Of a stretch of DNA of 64,000 nucleotides, positions 9,121 through 17,576 are shown piece after piece; the first letter of the stretch is position 1; every line of letters begins with the position of its first letter. The DNA is from a virus (lineage: Duplodnaviria; Heunggongvirae; Uroviricota; Caudoviricetes): IMG/VR virus record IMGVR_UViG_3300023202_000102, positions 2,700 through 66,699 of that record. The stretch is one strand, 5' to 3'. The translations under genes were made by a program, and so were the position numbers. A model generated the notes under the pieces. It was given only the letters and a program-made list of their open reading frames with translations. It made no database searches and had not been told where the DNA came from.

Positions 9121-12100
9121 TTATGCGTTATCCTCAGTTTCAATAGAGGCAGTGATCACAGTATTGGTTGTTGCTGTGCCTGTGTTGTTTGTAAATGTAA
9201 GAGTGATAACGTCTGATGCTTCTGATGCTACCAATGTATAGTTAGTATCATTGAAATCTAACACTGCATTGTCTGCGTGAATTGTGGTTCCATCTCCGGA
9301 ATCATCTCTGTGTACGAGCACGATTCCTCTATAGAAATCTCTGACGTTACCAGTGGATGTGTGTGTCTTAACTTTTACGTTGTAAGTGACAGTGTCTCCA
9401 TCTGCTACTGTTGGTAATGCGAGCGTTAGGGTTCCACTTGATGCGGAGACGGCTCCAGAGTTTACTTGTGTGGATGATAGTTGATTGATCTCTCCGGAAA
9501 GACCGTGAGCTTGTATTGCGCCATCAGCTCCAGAAGATGCTGTACCTGGAATTAAATCAATATCACCAGCGTCTGAAGATCCTGCGGCTGTTCCTGTTTG
9601 TATGGTAATTCCACCAGATCCAGAACCTCCGGTATTGTTCCCTGTTGCTATGGTAATTTCACCAGTATCATCAGCTGAAGCAGTTCCTGTTGTTAGGGAT
9701 ATGTATCCAGACAATGCTCCCTGACCAACGCCAGTTGTAACTTCAAAGTTACCGGAACCTAAATCACCACCGGGTCCTGTTGTAAATGTAACATCACCAG
9801 AGCCTCCAAAGGTTCCTCCGGCACCGGTTACAACATCAAAACCTCCGGCTCCTCTTGGTCCAATACCCTGGCCTGTTTCGAAGTAAAATCCTCCAGAGCC
9901 TCCACCGGATGTTCCAAGGCCTGTTGTAAGTGTAAACCCTCCAGAGTACCCATCATTACCAGAGTGATCGCCGGTTGAGAATGTTACATCTCCAGAATCA
10001 TATCCATCTGCTGAAACATCACCAGATGTAAATGAAAAGCCTCCAGAAGACATAGATCCACCAGTGCCTGTAACAAAACCAACCCCTCCTGAGCCTCCAC
10101 TATTTCCTGCTCCAGAAGTAAATGAGAATCCGCCCGACTCTCCACCATTACCATCTCCTGATGTTAATGTGAACCCTCCAGATCCAAGAGTAGAGCCTGC
10201 TCCAGTTGTAAATGTAAATGCACCTGAACCACCAGAGTTACCATGACCAGTAGTAAGTGATATTGAACCGGAGTCTCCTCCTGTTTGACCATTACCAGTT
10301 ACAACTGAGAAGTCACCCCCTCCACCATAACCATCGAAAGATGCGCCCTCTCCAGTAGTAATGGTAATGTCTCCACCGCCGCCCATTGTTCCAGAATCAA
10401 GGGTAGCTCCACGTCCTGATGTGATTTCTATATTTCCTGGAGAACCATAGATACCATCTCCAGAATAAATAAATACTGATCCGGATCCTCCTCCGTCTGT
10501 TCCACCATCTCCGGTAAACAAACTTAGATCACCAGACAAACCTCCATTACCGGCTCCAGAAGATAATGATACATCGCCAGAGCCAGAATCAGCACCAGAT
10601 CCAGAACCAATAGTGACAGCACCAGATAGCCCTAAAGGTCCACCACCTCCTGATTCAAGTATTACATCTCCACCTGGTCCACCTGAGTTTGCAGATCCAG
10701 ATCTCAAAGTTAAAGAGCCAGCGGTTCCCAAGAAGTTTCCGCTATTACCAGCAGATATTGAAACGCTTCCCGGACCAGAGTTTACAGATCCAGAGCTTGC
10801 TGCATTGACTGTTACCGAGCCGCCTGTTCCAGTTCCCTGTGCTTGTCCTGCAAAAAGCTGTAAGGATCCTCCATCTCCAGAGGTAGCACCACCTTGGCCG
10901 CCATTCCAAATGATGCCTCCACCATCTCCCGTTACACCTCCAGCTCCAGAGTTAAAAGTGTAACCTCCTCCATTTCCAGAGCCATCACCGCTACCTGGTT
11001 GGAAAATAAGATCGTTTCCAGATCCGCCACCAGTTCCATCTGGTGTTCTAAAGTTTGTCCCTCCAATCATATAAACATTGGAGTTCATATTGATTTGACC
11101 ATTGGAGCCTGGACCTGTTCCAGCAGTAAGCTCAATACTTCCACCATCAGACGAACCAGAGCCATTACCAGCGGTTACGTTAACAGCACCACCGTTACCA
11201 TTTCCTCCAGGGTTGGCTCCTGCTGTAATGTTTACATCACCACCTACCGCGACATTTCCAGAGTCACCAGCTGTAAGGGTTACATCACCACCTCTAACCG
11301 TTCCTGACGATCCGTCTCCCGCTGTAAGGGTTATGTCTCCCGCGTCAAAGTTAGATGATGCTCCGACCGCTACGCTGAAACCACCTGATGGTCCGCCATT
11401 TCCAAGCCCAGTAACAAAAGATACAGCCCCAGATCCATTTGCATTACCATTACCGGTAGTGAAGGTCATTGAACCTGATGCGCCTGCGCCTGGTCCCGAA
11501 CCGGTAGTTACAGAAAAATCACCACCATCACCAGAGGTACCCCCTCCAAGGCCAGTTGTAATTTCTACGTTGCCACCATTGCCAGTTCCGCCTGTCGCGG
11601 CGGACCTACCAGAGTTAATGAACACACCACCACCAACATCACTGGCTGCGCCATCTCCAGCCGTAGCATTGATTGAACCGCCTTCACCTGATGTTGTAGC
11701 AGTGCCAGGCGTTATGTTTACAGAGCCAGCATTACCTCCGGTATTGCCACCAGCAAAAAGATTTAATGCTCCTCCTGTTGTTGCGTCAACCTGAATTGAT
11801 ATTGTGGATCCAACAATAGGAATGCCGCCAACATCATTTCCAATGGCTAGGGTTTCCGCGAGAGTTTCTCCACCACCCGAACCACCACCAATACCATTCA
11901 AATCAATTGTATTGTCCGCACCACCTTGATCGGTGAACATGAGGTAGCCATCATCGCGAACCCAAATTAATCCCTCTGTTCCGGTAACAGAAGGATCATA
12001 AGGGGCCGATGCCTGTTCGGAGAATACTAAACCTGGAGGATCGATGAGGCCATTTACTGTTAGTTTTCCGGTAATTAATAGGTCATCATCAATGGTTACA

Positions 12101-12612
12101 TACCCATCAGGAGATGAAATTACAGACCCAAGGGTAAGAAGAATGTCCTCACCATCTGTAGAGTTTCCAGTTTGCAGTGTCTGAAATAAATCCTGAGATG
12201 GTACAATGGTGGCCGCACCATCAATGTCAGCTAGGTACCAAAACTCTACATCATCTGATGTAAGAAGCGTTGGTGGATATGTTCCAATGTAAGTTACGGA
12301 GTTTCCAGACTGAGTATAGTCTACTCCTTCGGCTAGCTTGATTCCGTTCAGGAACATCTGAACATACCCATCGGCAACCGGAACCGATGACAATGTAAAG
12401 TTTACCTGTCCGTTAAATGTGACTGGAACTATCTCTTGTTGCTGACCAACTGAGACGTTCAAAGCATCTACATAAGCTTTTGTTGCCGCATCCTGCGGGT
12501 CAATTGGGTCTGTAAGGTTGACAATTCTGGCTGTAAATGCATCAACAGTAGATGCTCCATCTTTTGCCAACAGCGTAATTTGCTGTAGGAATTTTTCGCT
12601 AACACGAACCAT
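9121..12612 (-). CDS. Glycine-rich repeat fiber protein (1163 aa, paralog)
   Basis: N-terminus MVRVSEKFLQQITLLAKDGAS; module 'LIDPPGLVFSEQASAPYDPSVTGTEGLIWVRDDGYLMFTDQ'; long GGFSFTSGAGNSGGSGG-type cassettes shared with the 6429 gene. Confidence 0.6.
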   Translation of the reverse strand: MVRVSEKFLQQITLLAKDGASTVDAFTARIVNLTDPIDPQDAATKAYVDALNVSVGQQQEIVPVTFNGQVNFTLSSVPVADGYVQMFLNGIKLAEGVDYTQSGNSVTYIGTYPPTLLTSDDVEFWYLADIDGAATIVPSQDLFQTLQTGNSTDGEDILLTLGSVISSPDGYVTIDDDLLITGKLTVNGLIDPPGLVFSEQASAPYDPSVTGTEGLIWVRDDGYLMFTDQGGADNTIDLNGIGGGSGGGETLAETLAIGNDVGGIPIVGSTISIQVDATTGGALNLFAGGNTGGNAGSVNITPGTATTSGEGGSINATAGDGAASDVGGGVFINSGRSAATGGTGNGGNVEITTGLGGGTSGDGGDFSVTTGSGPGAGASGSMTFTTGNGNANGSGAVSFVTGLGNGGPSGGFSVAVGASSNFDAGDITLTAGDGSSGTVRGGDVTLTAGDSGNVAVGGDVNITAGANPGGNGNGGAVNVTAGNGSGSSDGGSIELTAGTGPGSNGQINMNSNVYMIGGTNFRTPDGTGGGSGNDLIFQPGSGDGSGNGGGYTFNSGAGGVTGDGGGIIWNGGQGGATSGDGGSLQLFAGQAQGTGTGGSVTVNAASSGSVNSGPGSVSISAGNSGNFLGTAGSLTLRSGSANSGGPGGDVILESGGGGPLGLSGAVTIGSGSGADSGSGDVSLSSGAGNGGLSGDLSLFTGDGGTDGGGSGSVFIYSGDGIYGSPGNIEITSGRGATLDSGTMGGGGDITITTGEGASFDGYGGGGDFSVVTGNGQTGGDSGSISLTTGHGNSGGSGAFTFTTGAGSTLGSGGFTLTSGDGNGGESGGFSFTSGAGNSGGSGGVGFVTGTGGSMSSGGFSFTSGDVSADGYDSGDVTFSTGDHSGNDGYSGGFTLTTGLGTSGGGSGGFYFETGQGIGPRGAGGFDVVTGAGGTFGGSGDVTFTTGPGGDLGSGNFEVTTGVGQGALSGYISLTTGTASADDTGEITIATGNNTGGSGSGGITIQTGTAAGSSDAGDIDLIPGTASSGADGAIQAHGLSGEINQLSSTQVNSGAVSASSGTLTLALPTVADGDTVTYNVKVKTHTSTGNVRDFYRGIVLVHRDDSGDGTTIHADNAVLDFNDTNYTLVASEASDVITLTFTNNTGTATTNTVITASIETEDNA

Positions 12613-12844
12613 TTATGCTCCGATTTTTGCAGTTCTGCGGGTCCGTGATGATGCAGAGATATGCCCGTGCTAAAGAAACACAGCTTAAAAACCAAATGCT
12701 TTTGACGATCTGTGTTATTTTGGTTTGCAAACTCCCAGAAAACAAAGAGTTCATGTCCAAACTCTTTGAAAAATAAAAAGCGGGGCACTCTCAAGCTCAT
12801 AGAACTTTTACGGAAAATATCCTGCTCGTCCGTGCAGAAAAATC

Positions 12845-12872
12845 TTGACGTACCGTTTGCCATGAGTAGGGT
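12845..12872 (+). promoter_or_regulatory. Sigma70-like promoter TTGACG-16-TAGGGT upstream of the tRNA
   Basis: TCTTGACG at 12843-12850, 16 nt spacer, TAGGGT at 12867-72; same TCTTGAC(A/G) -35 family seen at 23129, 41670 and 49907. Confidence 0.3.
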
Positions 12873-12998
12873 TCTGGGCTGTAGTCAGTTCTTTTACTGA
12901 AGCACCAGGGATGGAGTGCTGGGGGTAAGGTGTTTTCACACCTATGCGTACATGTACTCTGCTGTAGGTACGGATTTAGGTGCAGACTAAATACTCAT

Positions 12999-13071
12999 GG
13001 GCCGATAGCACAACGGTCAGTGCGCCGGTCTCATAAACCGGTGGTTCTCAGTTCAAATCTGAGTCGGCCCA
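12999..13071 (+). tRNA. tRNA with anticodon CAT, elongator type, probably tRNA-Ile2 (lysidine substrate) rather than tRNA-Met; no encoded CCA
   Basis: Canonical cloverleaf: acceptor GGGCCGA/TCGGCCC, D-stem GCAC/GTGC, anticodon stem CCGGT/ACCGG with loop CTCATAA, T-arm CTCAG-TTCAAAT-CTGAG, discriminator A. G1-C72 is paired, so not an initiator. C4-G69 and C5-G68 match the TilS identity elements. Confidence 0.9.
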
Positions 13072-13084
13072 CTTGGAGGAAAAG

Positions 13085-13387
13085 ATGGAGTTGATAGTTG
13101 TTTCAAAAGAAGAACTGACACGGTTTGGGTGTCCCCACTGTGGTGGAGCAACAGAGGATGACTTTCTATCCTTTGGTTCTTGCTCTATCATTTGCTGTGA
13201 TGCTTGTGGACATCAGTGTGCAACTGTCAAGAACTCATGTGATGAGTTGGTATCTGTTCGTTCTGGTACTGACATTCAGAATTTGATTGGTCAGCACCCG
13301 TACAAGCGGCAGAATGATCGCATGATTGCTGCCCCTCTATTTGTTATCCCCAAATATTTCCCTTGCGCTTTTCGGCCGAAAGCGTAG
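13085..13387 (+). CDS. Small cysteine-rich hypothetical protein (Zn-binding?)
   Basis: ATG at 13085 with GGAGGA Shine-Dalgarno; MELIVVSKEELTRFGCPHCGG...CCDACGHQC multiple CxxC pairs. Confidence 0.4.
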   Translation: MELIVVSKEELTRFGCPHCGGATEDDFLSFGSCSIICCDACGHQCATVKNSCDELVSVRSGTDIQNLIGQHPYKRQNDRMIAAPLFVIPKYFPCAFRPKA

Positions 13388-13476
13388 GGTACTGAGCGGT
13401 ATGGCCAAGGACTGCCCCTCTCCTCACGGGCCCTTCGTACAGGTTCGTGGGGAGAATCTATTAAAGGAAATAAAAC

Positions 13477-13857
13477 ATGAGCGAAGTTACCAAAGAACAG
13501 GTTGTTGATTATCTTTCCAACCTTCCAGTCATTCAGATTTCAGAGCTTGTCAAAGAGCTTGAAGAGAAGTGGGGAGTGTCTGCCGCTCCTGTGATTCAGG
13601 GTGGTGTTGGGCCCGGACCTACTGATGAAGGTCCATCTGATGAAAAGACTGAGTTCGATGTTGTTCTGACTTCGTTTGGTTCTTCTAAGATGCCTATCAT
13701 TAAAGAGGTTCGTGCTCTCACTGGTCTTGGTTTGAAAGAAGCCAAGGAAAAGGTTGAGAGTGTTCCTTCAGTTCTCAAGGAAGGTATCTCCAAAGAGGAA
13801 GCCGAAGAGATCAAGGGCAAGATTGTCACAGCCGGTGGAGAGGTAGAGATCAAGTGA
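13477..13857 (+). CDS. rplL: Ribosomal protein bL12 (L7/L12)
   Basis: Near-collinear with bacterial L7/L12: N-terminal dimerisation helix, hinge '[18 protein letters not shown]', C-terminal domain '[40 protein letters not shown]...LKEG(I)[17 protein letters not shown]'. Confidence 0.88.
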   Translation: MSEVTKEQVVDYLSNLPVIQISELVKELEEKWGVSAAPVIQGGVGPGPTDEGPSDEKTEFDVVLTSFGSSKMPIIKEVRALTGLGLKEAKEKVESVPSVLKEGISKEEAEEIKGKIVTAGGEVEIK

Positions 13858-14186
13858 ACCCCTCTCGTCGTGCATTGATTTCTATTCTTCATTCGAGAAA
13901 AACATCTCAGGTCATTCACGGCGAGAACCTTCTCACAACAGAGAAGGCTATAGAAGATGCTGCGCGGGATGCTCTTGATGAGTTTTCAGATCAGATAGAA
14001 GACGTTAGTCATGAGCAGTTAATTTCAATTTGCCAAGGGCTGTTTGTTCGAAGCATTGCAATGCTAGCTGTAACTTCTGAAGAAGACCCAGAACGTGGTG
14101 AGATCATTAATGAACTCACCAAAGATATCTGTTCAAAAGTTCTTGATGAAGAAGAGAGTGTTCCGCACCTACGTTTGGTAAGGTAG
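13854..14186 (+). CDS. Hypothetical protein (acidic; possibly a sigma-associated N-terminal region)
   Basis: GTG start overlapping the rplL stop; 110 aa ORF ending immediately at the sigma-factor start. Confidence 0.35.
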   Translation: MNPSRRALISILHSRKTSQVIHGENLLTTEKAIEDAARDALDEFSDQIEDVSHEQLISICQGLFVRSIAMLAVTSEEDPERGEIINELTKDICSKVLDEEESVPHLRLVR

Positions 14187-14810
14187 ATGGAATCACAGAT
14201 AGAAATATTCAATAAATACAAGAGGCTAGCATACAAGATAGCAAATCAGTTCTCTTATATTTGGCCTCATTACAAAGACGAAATAGAATCCGCTGCGATG
14301 TTTGGTCTTTGGGAGGCCGCTAAGAAAACAGAGTGTGATAATCCAATCAGCCTTTACTCTGCGATTATCAAAAATCATATCTTATATGTCTCAACTAAGT
14401 TTGATCCTATTTCAAAATGGTATAAAAGGAAAATCGCAGATGGAGAGATGGACGAGATAAGTTTTGTTTCTACAGACTCTCATTCTCAGTCAGATGATAG
14501 CTCTGGTTTTGAAAGTAAACTTTTTACAGAGATTGACTCAGCAATTGGACACTCCGAGACCATAGAAGATCAGCTCATTCAAAAAGAAATTGAACTAGAG
14601 CGTAGTAAGATTGTTCGCAGTGCAATCAAACAGCTCCCTCAAAAACAAAGGTTCATTGTTAGGTCTATCTTTTTTAAAGGCAAGAGTGGTAATGAGCTTG
14701 CCAAAGAATGGAACTGCTCTGGTGAAAATGTTCTAAGGCAAAAAAGAAACGCATTAAAAACAATGAGCCAATCAAACTCACTAAAGAAACTAAATACCAA
14801 ACTCAACTAG
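14187..14810 (+). CDS. Sigma-70 family RNA polymerase sigma factor (small, regions 2 and 4)
   Basis: Region 2 'IESAAMFGLWEAAKKTECDNPISLYSAIIKNHI' (compare DLIQEGNIGLMKAVEKFDP..FSTYA.WWI) and region 4 HTH 'LPQKQRFIVRSIFFKGKSGNELAKEWNCSGENVLRQKRNALKTM'. Confidence 0.7.
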   Translation: MESQIEIFNKYKRLAYKIANQFSYIWPHYKDEIESAAMFGLWEAAKKTECDNPISLYSAIIKNHILYVSTKFDPISKWYKRKIADGEMDEISFVSTDSHSQSDDSSGFESKLFTEIDSAIGHSETIEDQLIQKEIELERSKIVRSAIKQLPQKQRFIVRSIFFKGKSGNELAKEWNCSGENVLRQKRNALKTMSQSNSLKKLNTKLN

Positions 14811-14817
14811 AGGTAAG

Positions 14818-15552
14818 ATGCCCAAGCTAAATCAAATTGTAGCCATCGAAGATGGTACCAAAAAGCGTGACCATAAAGAGATCTCTGCCATCTACAAGTC
14901 ACTTCAGAAGCCTGACTTGTTTAATGGGTTCTTCAGAACCTATACCCCCATCAATGATGAGGATATTGTTTATCCGGCCGAGCAAAAGAATGTTCAGCAA
15001 AAATGCCATGAGCTTCTTGAGCTTGTCAAGTCTAACAAAATTGAGCTTTGGAATGTCATTGCCACTAAGGATTACGCCAACTGTCAGGCTAAGGCTGATA
15101 TTGTTGTAGATGGTGTCGCTCTTGCGAGCGACGTTCCTGTAACTCATCTTCTCTTCTTAGAGAAGCAGTTGAATGATCTGAAAGATTTTATACTAAAGCT
15201 TCCGGTCTTGGACCCTACAAAGACATGGGGCTTTGATTCAAACAAAGACCTCTACGTCTCACAGTTTGTAGAGGAAAGACTCAAGACTAAGAAGATTCAC
15301 AAATCTGTAATCAAGTTCGAGCCTTCTGAGCATACTCCTGGCGATGCGGATGTTGTTACAGTAGATGAGCCAGAAGGTCGTTGGAAACAGGAAGATGTAT
15401 CAGCAGCCTTCCCTGCTAACAAGATTCGTGAGGTAATGACACGAGTCACTAAGCTTCAAGAGGCAGTAAAGTTTGCTCGTGAAGAGGCGAACTCTCTTGA
15501 AGTAGAGAAGCAAAAGATTGCCGAAGGAATGCTTGAATACATCTTTGGATAA
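14818..15552 (+). CDS. Hypothetical protein (244 aa)
   Basis: Good ORF with AGAGG Shine-Dalgarno; follows the sigma gene; no recognisable motif. Confidence 0.5.
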   Translation: MPKLNQIVAIEDGTKKRDHKEISAIYKSLQKPDLFNGFFRTYTPINDEDIVYPAEQKNVQQKCHELLELVKSNKIELWNVIATKDYANCQAKADIVVDGVALASDVPVTHLLFLEKQLNDLKDFILKLPVLDPTKTWGFDSNKDLYVSQFVEERLKTKKIHKSVIKFEPSEHTPGDADVVTVDEPEGRWKQEDVSAAFPANKIREVMTRVTKLQEAVKFAREEANSLEVEKQKIAEGMLEYIFG

Positions 15553-15558
15553 GATTTT

Positions 15559-15606
15559 CATCGGAGAGTAATCTCCGGTGAGGAACCGGCCCCCGATGTC
15601 TGGGGG
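15559..15606 (+). other. Cluster of nested hairpins directly after a stop codon (terminator-like or small RNA 5' element)
   Basis: CATCGG[GGAGA-GTAA-TCTCC][CCGG-TGAGGAA-CCGG]CCGATG, then CCCCC-GATGTCT-GGGGG; no clear U-tract. Confidence 0.3.
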
Positions 15607-15677
15607 TCTTAGCAGACAAACTAAACCTCAAACTAAAACTGAGACTAACAAGACGCCACTACTGGGGCTTTGCCCTT

Positions 15678-15728
15678 GCAGGTTCGAGTCCTGCCCCTAT
15701 CACCACCGAAAGGTTATCTATGATAGGG
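15678..15728 (+). ncRNA. tRNA-like element: T-arm + acceptor 3' strand + CCA, then an 18-nt loop and the complementary 5' strand (permuted/tRNA-like arrangement)
   Basis: GCAGG-TTCGAGT-CCTGC (G53, TTCGA, C61 consensus), then CCCTATC-A-CCA, loop, GATAGGG. No canonical 5' half upstream. Lies in a 445-bp ORF-free region. Confidence 0.3.
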
Positions 15729-15836
15729 TACCCAAACAGGCACAGGGAGTTGTGGTACTCAATCAAGTTATTCTGCTAATCTCGTAAGGACACCGTATGT
15801 AAACTAATCAAGCTGTGTGTACAATTTTGAGAGGAT

Positions 15837-15928
15837 GTCCGTTCGATTCGGATCCTGTGGGCAAGGGACATGAGCAAGTTGCTCTCTCCGAGAGGTCAAC
15901 TAAACCACTGTTGATGTCTCTTGCCCAC
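15837..15928 (+). ncRNA. Second T-arm-like hairpin plus a 15-bp long-range helix (structured RNA candidate)
   Basis: GTCCG-TTCGATT-CGGAT at 15837-53; GTGGGCAAGGGACAT (15857-71) pairs with ATGTCTCTTGCCCAC (15914-28) with one G.U. Confidence 0.3.
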
Positions 15929-15998
15929 GGGTAGCTTAAGGGAAAAGCGTCTCATTTAAAAATGATGCATACATTAAACGTCGTAGTTTATATTACGG

Positions 15999-16652
15999 AT
16001 GGGCAGTGGAGTAGATAGGCTATCAACATCTCCGCTGCCCTTTCTATATTTGGAGCAAATACGACCAATGAAAGAATTCATAGAGCTTGTTCTCATATCT
16101 CTAGAGCGTGATAACCTCATCAAATTAGGTAGCATTCTCTTCCTTCTCAGTTTCTGTCACTTTGTTGTTGACTGGGGTTTTCAGAGCCATAAGGAAGCAA
16201 TGAACAAAGCCACGAATCATAACATAAGGTTCGTGCATTGTTGCGTGTACACCATTGGAATGCTACCGTTGGTAGCTCTTCTTATTGGAGATCACACAAG
16301 GATAGGGCAGGCTGTCCTTACATGCGCAAGCGTCATGTGGATTAGCCACTTTCTCATTGATACATATATCCCAGTGTATCTGTGGGTCAAGTACATTAGA
16401 AGACCACCAAGCAAAGATGTAACAGAACTTGAGTACTTCAAAGATTTCGCATCAACTCCAATAGGCCTCTTCCTGGTAATAGCAATGGACCAGGTGTTTC
16501 ATTTACTATTTCTAATCCCAGTTGCGCTAACAATTATGTGGCCAACCTTTTATTATTATTGGGGATTGGTCTCTGGTTTCTTTGTTTTATTACTGTGTTG
16601 GTCGGTAGTGTTTGGAGTGAAAAAACTATATGCCATTCAAGAGAACAGATAA
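15999..16652 (+). CDS. Integral membrane protein (multi-pass), hypothetical
   Basis: 217 aa with about 5 hydrophobic helices (e.g. ILFLLSFCHFVV, LPLVALLIGD, IGLFLVIAMDQVFHLLFLIPVALTIMW, GLVSGFFVLLLCWSVVF). Confidence 0.5.
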   Translation: MGSGVDRLSTSPLPFLYLEQIRPMKEFIELVLISLERDNLIKLGSILFLLSFCHFVVDWGFQSHKEAMNKATNHNIRFVHCCVYTIGMLPLVALLIGDHTRIGQAVLTCASVMWISHFLIDTYIPVYLWVKYIRRPPSKDVTELEYFKDFASTPIGLFLVIAMDQVFHLLFLIPVALTIMWPTFYYYWGLVSGFFVLLLCWSVVFGVKKLYAIQENR

Positions 16653-17466
16653 AGGAAAAGTTCAATACCCAAATGGAATTTCCTCAGAAGATAGAAGGTT
16701 CTGTAGAAAAGTGTTCAACGAAATGGGTGAATACATCGATGTAGACGGCGATCCTAATGCACAAAAAGAACTTATCATTGCATGCTCTGGTGGTTTGGAC
16801 AGCACTGTGCTTGCGCATGTGTTTGCGCAAATGTGTATTATCTCTGGTCTAAAAAAGAATCGTGTTAAACTTGTGTATGTTGACCATGGGCTCCGAAATT
16901 TGGTTGAGTTACACCGGGATGCAACACACGTTATCAACCTTGCCGAAATGCTTGGATTCAATGGAGAGGTAATTAAGGTCACCCTTAATGAGGGTAATGT
17001 TCAAGAACAAGCTCGCATTGCTAGGTATGATGCCCTGGCAGCAATGGCTGTCCAAACAAGTTCGGGAGATTATGCCGATGTTTTACTGGCTCACCATGCC
17101 AATGACGTTGCAGAAACAAAGCTGTTTCAATTCCTTACAGGTCGAAAGGTTACCGGGATTGAATCAAATCTTTCTTGGTATATCAAATCTGAGCACGAAA
17201 AAGATCCCAACCCATTGGTGCCAAAGTGTGAATACACCATTGATTTTTTCAGACCCTTTCTAAATCTTACACGTTCTGATTTAGAAAGATACGCTAGGAT
17301 TTGGAACCTACAATGGGTGGAAGATTCTACCAATGGTACTAACAAGTACACACGAAACCGTATCCGTCATGAACTAATTCCATGGATTGAAAAAAATGTA
17401 AACCCAGGTGTTATCAACACACTAGTGGGGCTTCATGAAAAAGAAAGAGAAGCTGACGATACCTGA
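16630..17466 (+). CDS. tilS: tRNA(Ile)-lysidine synthetase TilS (PP-loop ATPase), short form
   Basis: PP-loop 'ACSGGLDSTVLAHVF'; TilS-specific 'AHHANDVAETKLFQFLTGRKVTGIE' (compare aHHxDDQaET..lRl.RG). Confidence 0.78.
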   Translation: MPFKRTDKGKVQYPNGISSEDRRFCRKVFNEMGEYIDVDGDPNAQKELIIACSGGLDSTVLAHVFAQMCIISGLKKNRVKLVYVDHGLRNLVELHRDATHVINLAEMLGFNGEVIKVTLNEGNVQEQARIARYDALAAMAVQTSSGDYADVLLAHHANDVAETKLFQFLTGRKVTGIESNLSWYIKSEHEKDPNPLVPKCEYTIDFFRPFLNLTRSDLERYARIWNLQWVEDSTNGTNKYTRNRIRHELIPWIEKNVNPGVINTLVGLHEKEREADDT

Positions 17467-17576
17467 GCTAACCCAAAAAATGCTATCTCTTCCGGTAAAA
17501 GAGAGGGGCTGGTATGCTCATCAAATTCGCATCTTACAATCTAAACAGATAAAAGATAGTAAGAAAAAGGCATAGT

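Noticed and set aside
747-11794. Many long antisense ORFs (e.g. 747..1148, 6919..7536, 7888..8343, 10613..10963, 11102..11794) encoding Pro-rich peptides inside the fiber genes
   Set aside because: They are the reverse complement of GGN-rich glycine-repeat coding sequence (Gly GGN ↔ NCC Pro/Ser/Thr/Ala), so are open by composition, not genes.
12468-12900. ORFs 12468..12863 (-) and 12712..12900 (+) in the region upstream of the tRNA
   Set aside because: Low-complexity, mutually overlapping, with no Shine-Dalgarno. The region is better explained as a promoter plus structured leader for the tRNA.
12999-13071. Initiator tRNA-fMet identity for the CAT tRNA
   Set aside because: Position 1:72 is a Watson-Crick G-C pair and the anticodon stem lacks three consecutive G-C pairs. 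Elongator-type, with Ile2-like C4-G69/C5-G68.
15678-15728. Canonical tmRNA (ssrA) or initiator tRNA interpretation of the CCA-terminated T-arm element
   Set aside because: The acceptor pairing GATAGGG/CCCTATC lacks the G3.U70 alanine identity pair. No resume codon or tag ORF ending in hydrophobic AA was found. No >300-nt 5'/3' long-range pairing. Kept only as a 'tRNA-like element'.
15578-15787. Track ORF 15578..15787 spanning the tRNA-like element
   Set aside because: It lies across highly structured RNA hairpins with no Shine-Dalgarno. The non-coding interpretation is favoured.
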